This document shows, one piece after another, positions 1 through 8,848 of a stretch of DNA of 64,000 nt. The stretch is taken from positions 17,936 through 81,935 of the IMG/VR virus record IMGVR_UViG_3300032312_002037, one strand, 5' to 3'. Origin of the DNA: a virus. Its lineage: Duplodnaviria; Caudoviricetes. The first letter of the stretch is position 1. Every line of letters starts with the position of its first letter. Made by a program: the position numbers and the translations under genes. The notes under the pieces are model-generated. The model made no database searches. It worked only from the letters and a program-made list of their open reading frames with translations, and was not told the DNA's origin.

Positions 1-137
1 TCATCATCAGAATCATCTTCATCCTCACCTTTATATTCATCTTCTCTTGAATAATCATAATCGTCTTCGTAATCATATCCATCGATATCATCAAATCCCT
101 CACGTTCAAATAATTGATTAAATTTTTTAAGTTTCAT
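1..137 (-). CDS. Acidic protein with MKLKKFNQLFE leader, 3' end runs off the window (not in ORF track)
   Basis: The ATG at 137-135 overlaps the upstream TAA (TAATG). The frame reads MKLKKFNQLFEREGFDDIDGYDYEDD... and stays open to position 1. Confidence 0.75.
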   Translation of the reverse strand, partial: MKLKKFNQLFEREGFDDIDGYDYEDDYDYSREDEYKGEDEDDSDD

Positions 138-1510
138 TATAGTAAATCTATTTTTATGTATTCGGCGTCAAAATATACTTTCTGACTTACTTTGTGTTTG
201 TTTAATAAGAATTGTAATGTTGTTAAAGCCTCATATGTTTCATCAATATAACCTTCTTCTAAATCACATTGAATAAATGTGGTAGCTCTGTCAGACGCTA
301 TTTTAACATCAATACCAAACGGTGTTGCTTTTATATCGTTAATTAACTTACCATATTTTCTAATGATTTCTTCATCAATTCCTACTTTTCTAACTGTTGG
401 TAATGAATTCCAATCAACTTGAACACTAGCCTTAGCAAGTCTTTCAAGGAAATTAATATTTTGTCTTTCTTTACCCGTATGTTCACTATAATAACCAACA
501 GATATGTTAGTACATTCAGCAATTTGTTCTAAAAATGAAGCAGAATCTGTGTATATACCTGTAGGATCTAATGATAAATTAAGACCATTTGCGTTATATT
601 GTTTAGCTAAAGCAGTTCCAAATTCATCAGAACAACAAGTTCTGCCTAATTGAGAAGTAATAACTGAACAAACATCTCTTCTATCAAAAGAAACACATCT
701 CTTAATATTCTTAACATATTCAACTTGTTCATAAACAGAGGATAATAAACCCGAACCGATACCACCTCTTTCTTCTCCCATAAAGAAATAATAAAGACCT
801 GGTACATTATGAGCCATCATATATAACATAACAGCAACACCTGATTTATCATCTGCGCCTAATATAGTAGAACCATCAGTATAAATAATTTCATCACCTT
901 TATCATCTTTTTTAGAAAGAAGCTTAGTAATACCTTGTTTTCTATCAGCAGTATCTAAGTGAGATGTAAACATAGTTGTTGGGTTCTCACCAATAATCTT
1001 ATAATAGTTACCTACAATATCTTTATCTAATTTAGGCATAAAAGCCATTACTTCTTCTTCATGTCCATGAGGATATGTCTTAGTAACTAATGAAATAAAA
1101 GTACTTCTAACGTCTTTAGGATTATAATTAAAAGGCTCTGGTGTAATTCTATTAACAGCAATACTTTCAATTGAACCACCACCAGCTAATATATCATATT
1201 GTTCAATAAAATCTTTAATATCAGCCGTTTGAAAATAATTCCTAAAGTAGAATTTTAGAAAGTTTTCTATTTTCATAGGATGAACTTTACCATCAACAAC
1301 ACCATTAATTGTAGATGTAACATCTAAACAAGATTTTGTTTTAGATATATTAACATCACTAATTCCTAGACCATTATTATATTTAGAATTAGGTTCGTTT
1401 AACCAAAGCATTTCAAATGCGATGTAGCTATTCTCATCTTCTAAAACTTTTAATAAATCATGAAGTTCTTGAGAAAATTTAATTCTTATAGGTTCTTTAG
1501 TATCTGCCAT
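137..1510 (-). CDS. M28/M20-family zinc peptidase with N-terminal extension
   Basis: Zn-ligand motifs FTSHLDT, LGADDKSG, GEERGGIGS, SFDRR, YTDSASF and NISVGYYSEH. Confidence 0.85.
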   Translation of the reverse strand: MADTKEPIRIKFSQELHDLLKVLEDENSYIAFEMLWLNEPNSKYNNGLGISDVNISKTKSCLDVTSTINGVVDGKVHPMKIENFLKFYFRNYFQTADIKDFIEQYDILAGGGSIESIAVNRITPEPFNYNPKDVRSTFISLVTKTYPHGHEEEVMAFMPKLDKDIVGNYYKIIGENPTTMFTSHLDTADRKQGITKLLSKKDDKGDEIIYTDGSTILGADDKSGVAVMLYMMAHNVPGLYYFFMGEERGGIGSGLLSSVYEQVEYVKNIKRCVSFDRRDVCSVITSQLGRTCCSDEFGTALAKQYNANGLNLSLDPTGIYTDSASFLEQIAECTNISVGYYSEHTGKERQNINFLERLAKASVQVDWNSLPTVRKVGIDEEIIRKYGKLINDIKATPFGIDVKIASDRATTFIQCDLEEGYIDETYEALTTLQFLLNKHKVSQKVYFDAEYIKIDLL

Positions 1511-1547
1511 TTTTTATTTTATTTTATATGTTATTATATATTAAATA

Positions 1548-1937
1548 TTAAACTACAATTTGATATGAATTTGTATAATCTACTTTCACTTGACCATCAT
1601 TCATACCTGATTCTTTCTTAACAAATCTACTTTGGCAATAAACAACAGTTGCTTTATCATCTTTAGAAGCTTTACTATTCTTTTTAGCCAATTGAGCGGC
1701 TAATTTAATAACTATTTCAGTAGGTAGATTCTCTCTAACACGAATAACAACATGACTACCTGGAACACCTTTAACGTGCATCCAAATATCTTCTTTATCA
1801 GCAACATTAAAAGTTAGATGGTCATTAGATTTAGCATCTTTACCAACATAAACAACAAATCCTTCAATTTCTAATTTTTGAATATTAGGAAATTTATCTT
1901 TTTTAGATTCGTTAAATGAATTAAATTTCTTTATCAT
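1548..1937 (-). CDS. Stand-alone NFACT-R (DUF814) RNA-binding domain protein
   Basis: YVGKDAKSND, DIWMHVKGVPGSHVVIR and AAQLAKKNSKA. Start moved to the ATG at 1937 because the track start lies across a terminator and promoter. Confidence 0.8.
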   Translation of the reverse strand: MIKKFNSFNESKKDKFPNIQKLEIEGFVVYVGKDAKSNDHLTFNVADKEDIWMHVKGVPGSHVVIRVRENLPTEIVIKLAAQLAKKNSKASKDDKATVVYCQSRFVKKESGMNDGQVKVDYTNSYQIVV

Positions 1938-1970
1938 ACTGTATATATTAATTAGAAATTCTTTAAAAAG

Positions 1971-1997
1971 AAAAAAGACCCATAAAGGGTCTTTTTT
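1971..1997. terminator. Intrinsic terminator downstream of the major capsid gene
   Basis: AAAAAAGACCC-ATAAA-GGGTCTTTTTT hairpin flanked by A/T tracts. Confidence 0.8.
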
Positions 1998-2021
1998 CAA
2001 TATTTCCAATATTACTATTGA

Positions 2022-3692
2022 TTAGTTTAATAACTGAGCAGCGTCAGTAACTACAATAGTCATGTATTGTTTTTGTGGGTACCAACCAACTTCAGTTACA
2101 GCATATCTTGAACGTAACAACATTCTTGGAGCGAATGTAGCTTCAGAGATAACTGAGATAGACTGAGCCATTAAGTAAGGTACGAAAATGATACCTGGTT
2201 GGTCAGGGTTGTTCTTACGACCTAATACGATTCTGTTATCGTTATATCTCATATATGGATCTACATAGATAGAGATGTCTCCGATTGAACCTACAGGGTA
2301 TAATTGACCTTGTCCGTTTAATTTAGATTTAACTGGGTTAATTGTGTAACCAGCGATATCTTGTAAAGCAGCAGCAAGACCTCCGTTTGTGATAAGGTAT
2401 TGAGCAGGACCAACACGACCTTCAGTAGCAATAAAGTTAGAAGCGTGAGCAATCTTAGTGATTAACTTACGTTGTACAGCGTGAGTAGTCTCACCACCTA
2501 CATTACCAGAAGTAGTAGCATAGTTAGTGTTTAAGTCAAAAATAGAAACACTTGAAGCATTTAATGGAGCAGATGTTCTGTTAAGATCACCCATTTCGAA
2601 AATCTTAGCAACAATTTGTTTAGATATTGTTTGAGATAATTCGTTTACAAGGATAGATTCCATTTTTTGAACGATATCCATACCTGTGTTAGCTTTGATA
2701 TCTTCGATTTCAGTTCTTCTAAGAGCTGAAGATACTTCGATAGTACCAACTGCAACAGTTTTAGAAGAAATTTTTGGTCCGATAACTCCAGAGTATGATT
2801 GATCATCAGCAAGACGACCCATTGGATATTGACCAGAAGATTGACCAGCAGCAGCAGATGTCCAGTTTGCAGAGAAACCTGGGATATGATCTTCTAAAGC
2901 AGATACTAAAGTAATAACTGGATTAGTAACGTTGATACCAGAAATTCTAACAATTGCTGAAACCATTGTACCAGTTTGAGGGAATGTATTTAATGTAGCA
3001 TCAAAAAAGTGAGGAGTAGCAAAGTTACCTGAAGTATTTGCTTGTCTGTAAGCTCTGAACATTGGTAAACCATCTATACGAGAGAATCCTAAGAATTCAA
3101 CGATATTTGTTTTAGATGTAGGTTCAGTATTAGTTTTGTAAGCACCTGATGCAGTAAGACCGTAGAATAATCTACCACCAGATAAACCACCAGTAGTTTC
3201 TCTAAGTACTGCTAAACCATTAGCACCTGCAACGTCTAATACAATTTGTGCATCAATAGCTGCAATATTATCAGCAGATAATTTGAATACTTGAGGTCTT
3301 TCGTTTGTTGTTGAATCGATATCATCATATTGAAAATCAATATAAAGTAAGTCGATTTTTGGACCTGGAGTTGGCTTTACAGCAACTAAATCCAAACCGA
3401 TTGTTTGAGCAGCAATTTTCATTGCAACTGGAAGTAAGTTCTGACCTACGTCTCCTGAACCTGCTACGTTACCGTTACCAGTTACGTTACCTGCTAATGA
3501 ACCAATAACTGGATTCAATACAGATCCCATACCTGCTACGTTTGATGCGTTTACATACGCATTTTCATTGATTGAGTGATACTCAGCCATTTCTGACATC
3601 CATTCAACTCTATCTTCAGCTACGCCCATGTTCTCTAAAACTGGAGACCATTTCTTAACTGCTTTTGATTTGTCTATTCTAATGTGTGACAT
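2022..3692 (-). CDS. gp23: Major capsid protein, T4 gp23-like
   Basis: KWSPVLE N-terminus, ESILVNELSQTISKQIV, GIIFVPYL and FAPRMLLRSRY, all gp23 hallmark segments. Confidence 0.92.
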   Translation of the reverse strand: MSHIRIDKSKAVKKWSPVLENMGVAEDRVEWMSEMAEYHSINENAYVNASNVAGMGSVLNPVIGSLAGNVTGNGNVAGSGDVGQNLLPVAMKIAAQTIGLDLVAVKPTPGPKIDLLYIDFQYDDIDSTTNERPQVFKLSADNIAAIDAQIVLDVAGANGLAVLRETTGGLSGGRLFYGLTASGAYKTNTEPTSKTNIVEFLGFSRIDGLPMFRAYRQANTSGNFATPHFFDATLNTFPQTGTMVSAIVRISGINVTNPVITLVSALEDHIPGFSANWTSAAAGQSSGQYPMGRLADDQSYSGVIGPKISSKTVAVGTIEVSSALRRTEIEDIKANTGMDIVQKMESILVNELSQTISKQIVAKIFEMGDLNRTSAPLNASSVSIFDLNTNYATTSGNVGGETTHAVQRKLITKIAHASNFIATEGRVGPAQYLITNGGLAAALQDIAGYTINPVKSKLNGQGQLYPVGSIGDISIYVDPYMRYNDNRIVLGRKNNPDQPGIIFVPYLMAQSISVISEATFAPRMLLRSRYAVTEVGWYPQKQYMTIVVTDAAQLLN

Positions 3693-3721
3693 AATTTTGT
3701 TAATTTTTTTTTGTGTTTATC

Positions 3722-3764
3722 TATATATTATCCTTCGAAATTTCAATAATTTCAAGTGTGGATT
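3722..3764 (-). promoter_or_regulatory. Late promoter with upstream box: AATCCAC-N28-AATATATA
   Basis: The same two boxes with the same 28-nt spacing recur at 5921-5963 and 28767-28809. Confidence 0.65.
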
Positions 3765-3773
3765 TTTTATAGA

Positions 3774-5891
3774 TTAAATGTTTTTGAATCTTTCCATAAT
3801 TGCAGTAACGTCATTATCAGAAAGTTTATCTTCTTGTATTAAACTTTCATGAGCTACTAACTTTTTAGTTACAGACCCGTTTGTTTTAAGCTTTCTAGTT
3901 AACCAGAAATGCTCAACTTGTGATTCAGTCATTAAAACTTCAGCAGGATAAAGTCTAGCTTGTGATAAGATAGATTTTTTAGCTGATTCGTTCATTTGAC
4001 TCCAGATAGCCTTAGTGTTTTCAGGCATTAATCTGATAACTCTTTCTTCAAGAGATTCATTCTTTGATGATAGCGCTTCTGCGATTAGGCTTAACACATC
4101 TTTAGATGTGAAGTAATTTCTTTCGCTTATGTGAAATTTAACAGCCTCTTGGTCTTCGTCAGACAATGCGTAGTAACTATCTACTTGTGACTTGTTTAAG
4201 AATTTTAGGAAATTCAAGTCAGTTGATTCAGAAACTTTACGTTTTTTAGCTTCTTCTATTAATTTATCGATAGACTCAGATAATTCAGAATCACTGTTAC
4301 CAGTTACTTCATAATCATGAGCTTCTTCTTCTTTTTCTTCTTCATTTGAAGTGTTACCTTCTTCTTTATTATATGAGTTTTCCATGTTTCCTGAAGGAAT
4401 ACCATTGTACTCTTCTTCTTTTTCTTCTTCGTTGTTTGGACCACACTCTTCTTCTTTTTCTTCCATGTTTTCAAACCCAGCTGATTGTAATGAAGGAAAA
4501 GCTTCCTCATTTTCATTCATTGATTCATTTAATTTACCAGAATTTAATTTTTCAACTATCATTCCTTGGTAATTAATTGATTTATCAAGATTCTCAGCAA
4601 TATATTCAGAGTAAGCAATATTATCATCTAAATGTTCAGCGATGTATTCAGAGTAAGCAATGTTACCTTCAACGTGTTCAGCTAAATATTCAGAGTAAGC
4701 AATTGAGTTATCAACGTGCTCAGCAATGTATTCAGAGTAAGCAATGTTTTTATCCAAGTTTTCAGCGATGTATTCTGAATAAGCAATATTCTTATCAAGA
4801 TTTTCAGCTAAGTACTCAGAGTACTCAATGTTCTTGTCTAAGTTTTCTGCTAAATATTCAGAGTAAGAAATATTCTTATCTAAGTTTTCAGCGATATAAT
4901 CAGAATAAGAAATATTCTTATCTAAGTTTTCAGCTAAGTACTCAGAGTACTCAATATTTTTGTCTAAGTTTTCAGCTAAATATTCAGAGTAGTTAACAGC
5001 TTTTTCTAAATTTTCAGCTAAGTAGTCATTGTGCTTAATAAGTTTGTCAGTAGTTTCCTTTAAAGACTTGTTTTCATTAACCATAATTTGAACTTTTTCA
5101 GCCAAATAATCTAAATACTTAACAACTTGAGCATTAGTTGAATTTAACTCTTCATAGTACTCTAAAAGTTGCTCCATTTTCTTTGGAGACAAATTACCTT
5201 TAGTAAGAGCACCTTTAACTTCTTTCTGTGTAGAAGCTAATTCTTTAACTAAATACTGTGAATATTCAGTTAACTGTTGCTTTGTAACAAATTCATTTTT
5301 GTTCATATCAAATAGTTGATTTATTTTGGACTCATCGGACATTTCATATATCCTAAAGTTAGAGTTTTCATTATATCCTAATGATTCGTTGATATTCTTA
5401 ACCGACATTTTAGCAGAAGCAAAACCCGGATCAGCAACGATATCATATGTAAATAATTTTTTCAATGAAACAGTACCATCTGATTCAGTGATACCAGCCG
5501 CTCTTGAAGAAACAAAAACAGGACATCCGTCATCAACTAATGCCTTTGCTTCTTTACCCCAATAAGTGTTAAGTAATCTAATTTCACCACTAACAAGATT
5601 TGACTCTTTTACATAGTTAGCTTTTGTGATGATGTGAGACGCTCTTGATAAAGATGTATCAAAAACATCTGGATGGTCAAACTCACCATAAACAACACCT
5701 AAGCTGTTCATTCTTTCATTCAATTCGTCCAAAGCTGGAAGAAATTTATCAGCAGTGTAAATTCTCTCATTACGGTTTTTAACACCAAATTCTGTGAAAG
5801 TACCACCTAAAATATAATCCTTCTTCTGTGAACCATTATTCTCTCTAATAAGAGAGTTTTGTGAATTTTCTATAATTAATACTGGTTTCAT
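3774..5891 (-). CDS. gp21: Prohead protease (gp21-like) fused to a scaffold/core domain (gp22-like)
   Basis: N-terminal KNRNERIY, VYGEFDHPD, VSSRAAG and TYDIVADPG. C-terminal coiled coil with YLDY, a 14-aa repeat array and an acidic linker. Confidence 0.88.
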   Translation of the reverse strand: MKPVLIIENSQNSLIRENNGSQKKDYILGGTFTEFGVKNRNERIYTADKFLPALDELNERMNSLGVVYGEFDHPDVFDTSLSRASHIITKANYVKESNLVSGEIRLLNTYWGKEAKALVDDGCPVFVSSRAAGITESDGTVSLKKLFTYDIVADPGFASAKMSVKNINESLGYNENSNFRIYEMSDESKINQLFDMNKNEFVTKQQLTEYSQYLVKELASTQKEVKGALTKGNLSPKKMEQLLEYYEELNSTNAQVVKYLDYLAEKVQIMVNENKSLKETTDKLIKHNDYLAENLEKAVNYSEYLAENLDKNIEYSEYLAENLDKNISYSDYIAENLDKNISYSEYLAENLDKNIEYSEYLAENLDKNIAYSEYIAENLDKNIAYSEYIAEHVDNSIAYSEYLAEHVEGNIAYSEYIAEHLDDNIAYSEYIAENLDKSINYQGMIVEKLNSGKLNESMNENEEAFPSLQSAGFENMEEKEEECGPNNEEEKEEEYNGIPSGNMENSYNKEEGNTSNEEEKEEEAHDYEVTGNSDSELSESIDKLIEEAKKRKVSESTDLNFLKFLNKSQVDSYYALSDEDQEAVKFHISERNYFTSKDVLSLIAEALSSKNESLEERVIRLMPENTKAIWSQMNESAKKSILSQARLYPAEVLMTESQVEHFWLTRKLKTNGSVTKKLVAHESLIQEDKLSDNDVTAIMERFKNI
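4572..5033 (-). repeat. 11 tandem 42-bp coding repeats (14 aa, consensus YSEY[LI]AENLDKNI[AES])
   Basis: Counted directly in the translation and DNA. Confidence 0.95.
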
Positions 5892-5920
5892 TTAAGTTTA
5901 TTATTTTTTAAAATATAGTG

Positions 5921-5963
5921 TATATATTACACCTCATTTATTCAAAAAAAACAAAGGTGGATT
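5921..5963 (-). promoter_or_regulatory. Late promoter with upstream box: AATCCAC-N28-AATATATA
   Basis: TATATATT at 5921-5928 and GTGGATT at 5957-5963 on the + strand. Confidence 0.65.
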
Positions 5964-6062
5964 GTTTATAGTAATGTGGAGGTTCAGTCCGGCTTTAGGA
6001 TGTATAAAACAATGGAGGAGAAGGTCATAAATTAATAAATAAAAGAAATTGAGTGGTTTTTT

Positions 6063-6458
6063 ATGATCCTGACAAGAGAGATAGAGATAAAAATTAATGA
6101 GTCAAATTATCAGTACTATGATGATTTAGGATATGATGTGGCAATTGGGGAAACTATTCAAATACCAATTGAATTAATGTCAAAAGGATCACATTATAAA
6201 ATAAAATGCAAATGTGATGTATGCGGAATTGAAAAAGAGGTAATATTTAAAAACTATGTTAAATATGATAACAATTTCGGTGAATATTATTGTAGAAAAT
6301 GCTCCGAATCTAAAAGAAAAGAAACTTTAAGAAAAAACTTTGGAGTTGACTACCCAATACAGAATAAGAAAGTTCTTAGTAAGATGAAAAAAACACTTAT
6401 TGATAAGTATGGTGTGGATAATATATCAAAAAGAGATAAACAAAATGAGGTTTCTTAA
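6063..6458 (+). CDS. Zinc-ribbon plus KYGVDN-type repeat protein (homing-endonuclease-associated module, no nuclease domain seen)
   Basis: CKCDVC...YCRKC, followed by KNFGVDYP and DKYGVDN segments. Confidence 0.6.
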   Translation: MILTREIEIKINESNYQYYDDLGYDVAIGETIQIPIELMSKGSHYKIKCKCDVCGIEKEVIFKNYVKYDNNFGEYYCRKCSESKRKETLRKNFGVDYPIQNKKVLSKMKKTLIDKYGVDNISKRDKQNEVS

Positions 6459-6473
6459 ATAGAATACTCATAT

Positions 6474-8354
6474 ATGATAGAATTAAAAGAAGGTGATGTT
6501 TACGAAGGACAAATTGAGTTCTCAACAAACGGTAACGCATCATTAGTAGTGGAAGACAAGGAAGTCTTTATCTACAAGAAAAACACAGCCAACTCTTTAA
6601 ACTTAGATAAAGTAAAGATTCAAATATTTAAGGCTGAAAGAAAATTAGAAGGAAAAGTCATTGAAGTTGTTTCAAGATTTAAGACTGAGTATGTCGGTAG
6701 AGTACAAATAGGTAAAAAAACAATATTTGTTGTTCCTGATAGTAATAAAGTTCCGGTAGACTTCTATATTAAAGGCGGATTAAAAGCCGAACACGACCAA
6801 AAGGTTGTAGTTGAGTTAATAAAGTGGGAAGATACTAAATCACCACAAGGAAAAATCACAAGAGTTTTAGGAGATTCTGGAGATAATAATACAGAAATGA
6901 ACTCAATTATGATTGAGTATGGTTTACCTATTGAATTTCCACAAGATGTTATCAACGAATCTTTCTTAGTGCCTGAAGTTATTACTGAAAAAGAAATCAA
7001 TTCTCGTAAAGATATGAGAGGTATAACAACTTTAACAATCGATCCAGTTGATGCTAAAGATTTTGATGATGCCTTATCAGTTAATATTATCAACGATAAT
7101 AAGATTGAAGTAGGAGTTCACATTGCTGACGTAGGTCACTATGTTAAACCAGGAACTAAATTAGACGATGAGGCTTTCAAAAGAGCCACATCAGTATATT
7201 TAGTTGACAGATGTGTTCCAATGTTACCAGAACGTTTAAGTAATGGTATATGTTCACTTAAACCAAACGAAGATAGATTGGCATTCTCTGTTATCTTTAC
7301 TTTAGATAATGAAGGTAATATATTAAATACTTGGCAAGGTAAAACCGTTATTCACTCTGATAGAAGATATGCTTATGAAGAAGCTCAAGAAATCATCGAA
7401 GGTAATGATGGTAATTATTCAACTGAGATTAGATTACTTGATACTTTAGCTAGAAAGATTAGAAAGAAAAGAATCAAAGAAGGGTCCATTGAAATGGGTG
7501 GTATTGAAGTAAGATTCAAATTAGCTGAAGATAATAAGAAACCAATTGGTGTTTATTTCAAAGAACAAAAAGAAGCTAACAAGTTAATTGAAGAATTTAT
7601 GTTATTAGCTAACAAGTCAGTTGCTAAAACTTTATCAGAGGCTAGTTGGGCAAATGTATATAGAGTTCACGATACGCCAAATATGGAAAAGTTAAATGCT
7701 TTAGTTGGTGTTTGTAAAACGTTTGGATACGATATAGAAATATATGATGATTCAACTGAAATCAAAAAGACTCTAAATGGATTATTAAAAGAGATTAAAG
7801 AAACTCCTGAAGAAAATATGATTGAGACTTTAGTTACTAGATGCATGTCTAAGGCAACTTATACAATTAAGAACATTGGTCACTATGGTTTAGGATTTAC
7901 TCACTACTCTCACTTTACTTCACCAATCAGAAGATATCCTGATTTAATCACACATAGAATTTTATTAGACTTTTTAGATAAGAAATCTCAAGGCAATCCT
8001 AGTAAGATTGAAGAGCAAGCCAAATGGTGTTCTGCTAGAGAATTGGTTGCGGCTAAAGCTCAAAGAGATTCAATTAAATACAAACAAGCTGAATATCTTT
8101 TAGATAAGATTGGGAAAGTATTTGATGGTATTGTTTCAGGTGTAACCGATTGGGGTATGTATGTTGAATTAATTGAAAGTAAATGTGAAGGAATGGTTAG
8201 ATATCAATCTCTTGAAGGTAAATGGTCAGCTGATACAACTAATTACACTATAACAAGTGAAATGGGTGAAAAAATCAGATTAGGAGATCCTCTTAAAGTT
8301 GTAGTTAAGTCTGTGGACTTAGAAAGAAAACAAATAGATTTTACTTTATTGTAA
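6474..8354 (+). CDS. rnr: Ribonuclease R (RNB family)
   Basis: TIDPVDAKDFDDALS, VHIADV, PMLPERLSNGICSL, HFTSPIRRYPD and a C-terminal S1 domain. Confidence 0.93.
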   Translation: MIELKEGDVYEGQIEFSTNGNASLVVEDKEVFIYKKNTANSLNLDKVKIQIFKAERKLEGKVIEVVSRFKTEYVGRVQIGKKTIFVVPDSNKVPVDFYIKGGLKAEHDQKVVVELIKWEDTKSPQGKITRVLGDSGDNNTEMNSIMIEYGLPIEFPQDVINESFLVPEVITEKEINSRKDMRGITTLTIDPVDAKDFDDALSVNIINDNKIEVGVHIADVGHYVKPGTKLDDEAFKRATSVYLVDRCVPMLPERLSNGICSLKPNEDRLAFSVIFTLDNEGNILNTWQGKTVIHSDRRYAYEEAQEIIEGNDGNYSTEIRLLDTLARKIRKKRIKEGSIEMGGIEVRFKLAEDNKKPIGVYFKEQKEANKLIEEFMLLANKSVAKTLSEASWANVYRVHDTPNMEKLNALVGVCKTFGYDIEIYDDSTEIKKTLNGLLKEIKETPEENMIETLVTRCMSKATYTIKNIGHYGLGFTHYSHFTSPIRRYPDLITHRILLDFLDKKSQGNPSKIEEQAKWCSARELVAAKAQRDSIKYKQAEYLLDKIGKVFDGIVSGVTDWGMYVELIESKCEGMVRYQSLEGKWSADTTNYTITSEMGEKIRLGDPLKVVVKSVDLERKQIDFTLL

Positions 8355-8804
8355 ATGGATGGACAGAGTATAACAAAATCTTTTAATATTGAATTAGATA
8401 ATAATACCTTGGAACAATACGAGAAATTATTATCTAATTTTAATAACTGGTCTCAATATAAAAGAGAGATTAAACTAAACTCTGTTTTAGAAGATAAAAA
8501 GATTGAGTTTACTTTAGATATATCAGGTCATGCTCACGGTGTTATGTATGTAAATGTTTTTGTTGATGACACAGACGACTTTGAAGTGCTTAAAAAAGCA
8601 TCATCAGCCATAAAGTTTATGAAGTTTATACTCAAAGGTAATAATGTTTTAGAATTAGAAGTAACAATTAAAACAATGACTACTGAATGGGGTAAGATTA
8701 TCAGAGACTTGATTGAATCAGGAGTTGAACTAGAACTCAAACAAAACATAGTAGATAACCAAGTCAAATCCTTCTACTTTATTTATCCAAAAATGACAGC
8801 ATAA
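8355..8804 (+). CDS. Hypothetical protein; C-terminal half resembles a prohead-protease-fold segment
   Basis: VTIKTMTTEWGKIIRDLIESGVEL parallels EIRLLNTYWGKEAKALVDDGCPV in the local protease. Confidence 0.45.
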   Translation: MDGQSITKSFNIELDNNTLEQYEKLLSNFNNWSQYKREIKLNSVLEDKKIEFTLDISGHAHGVMYVNVFVDDTDDFEVLKKASSAIKFMKFILKGNNVLELEVTIKTMTTEWGKIIRDLIESGVELELKQNIVDNQVKSFYFIYPKMTA

Positions 8805-8838
8805 AAAAACCTCTCAATATTGAGAGGCTTTCTTTTTT
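8803..8838. terminator. Bidirectional terminator between convergent genes
   Basis: CCTCTCAA-TA-TTGAGAGG hairpin with flanking A/T tracts. Confidence 0.8.
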
Positions 8839-8848
8839 ATAGTAAGTT

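Noticed and set aside
4572-5033. Regular 42-bp repeats as a CRISPR array
   Set aside because: They are contiguous in-frame coding repeats with synonymous variation and no unique spacers.
5961-6012. GC-richer intergenic stretch with GGTTCAGTCC, possible tRNA or ncRNA
   Set aside because: No cloverleaf and the T-arm does not pair. Only a weak AT-rich enclosing stem is present, so it is unsupported.
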